A program made the position numbers and the translations under genes. A stretch of 63,120 nt of DNA, the filler included, from Octopus bimaculoides (taxonomy: Eukaryota), in NCBI RefSeq assembly GCF_001194135.2. It is 4 parts of 4 records of this genome, joined end to end, with 100 filler letters (N's around TTAATTAATTAA, not from the genome) between each part and the next. Parts side by side here need not be neighbours in the genome. Positions count along the whole stretch, not along the records: positions 61,367 to 63,120 come from NW_026426626.1; 3 more parts are not named here. One strand, given 5' to 3'. Shown here one piece after another: positions 62,358 to 63,120 of this stretch. Every line of letters begins with the position of its first letter. Position 1 is the stretch's first letter. The notes under the pieces are model-generated. The model did not search any database. It was not told the origin of the DNA and worked only from the letters and a program-made list of their open reading frames with translations.

Positions 62358-63120
62358 CAGATTTCTTTTAGTTTGCGTCTACCAAGTTCACTCACAAAGC
62401 TTTAATCAACCCAGTACTGTAGACATTTCCACAAAGTGCTACGTAGTGGGAGCTTCACTCGCGCCTATAAGTTATATCCTTTGTCTGAACAGAAAAAAAT
62501 GATGGGACAGTCGCGGTTAGAATGTCTTTGATTACACATCTGCTCAGACAGAGGCTATTATTTTGGTTTAAATAAAGCAGCGAGCTGGCAGAATCGTTAG
62601 CATGCCAGGCAAAATGCTTAACGGCGTTTCGTTCGTCTTTACGTTTCTAACTTCAAATTCTTCCGAGGTCGGCTTCACCTTTTATCAATCGAGATTAACA
62701 AAGCAAGTACCAGTTGAGCCAACTTGCTGGCTTTGTGCTAAAATTTGAAACCATTATGCTGGTTTAAATAAAAAACGATGAGACAGTGAAGCCGACAGTC
62801 AGAAAAAAACAAAGAGAAAAGTCTTTGTGAGTGTGAATAAGATAATGGCACGAGATGTAAAGTAGTTAAAAAGTGAGAATTCGAATAGAGGGGAACCGAA
62901 GGAAGGAAAGGAGAAACAAAGACATAGAGAAGAAGGTTTTCGTTTATGTTGAATTGAAATAAAATAGTTCAGCGCAGTATAAAACCTTGATGTAAAACGA
63001 TATCGTACAGATATATAATCATGCAAACACGCATTGCCCACACGCACACGCACACGCATACGTATATGCGTATGTATATCTATGTATTTATATGTATGTA
63101 CATATCTATTTATCTATCTG

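Overview
Eukaryotic, AT-rich, microsatellite- and transposon-dense genomic DNA, most likely an Octopus (coleoid cephalopod) assembly; this is inferred from the SINE/RTE repeat content and not proven. The window is not one contiguous locus. Three artificial 100-bp spacers (44 N + TTAATTAATTAA + 44 N) at 27873-27972, 53440-53539 and 61267-61366 join four scaffolds. Scaffold A (1-27872) carries six + strand exons of RALBP1/RLIP76, from the end of the RhoGAP domain through the Ral-binding helices to the C-terminal coiled coil. These include a GC-AG intron and a ~220-aa acidic insert; the first and last exons are missing. Scaffold B (27973-53439) has one clear GRAMD4-like exon, followed by in-frame candidate exons that do not look like a GRAM domain. 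The rest is mobile DNA: RTE LINEs and their tails, R4/Dong and CR1/Jockey-like LINE remnants, a Naiad-type Penelope-like element, two Tc1 copies, a maT (DD37D-type) deletion derivative, a mariner, Helitron-like pieces, a probable solo LTR and at least three tRNA-derived SINE families. The most notable unannotated signal is a small fold-back element family sitting in (TA)n tracts (54.6 kb, 44.7 kb). Its arms contain a type I hammerhead ribozyme core with a palindromic stem III, as in Penelope-like pseudo-LTRs and retrozymes. Further hammerhead-like motifs and several perfect hairpins are also present. All alignments, translations and folds were done by eye.
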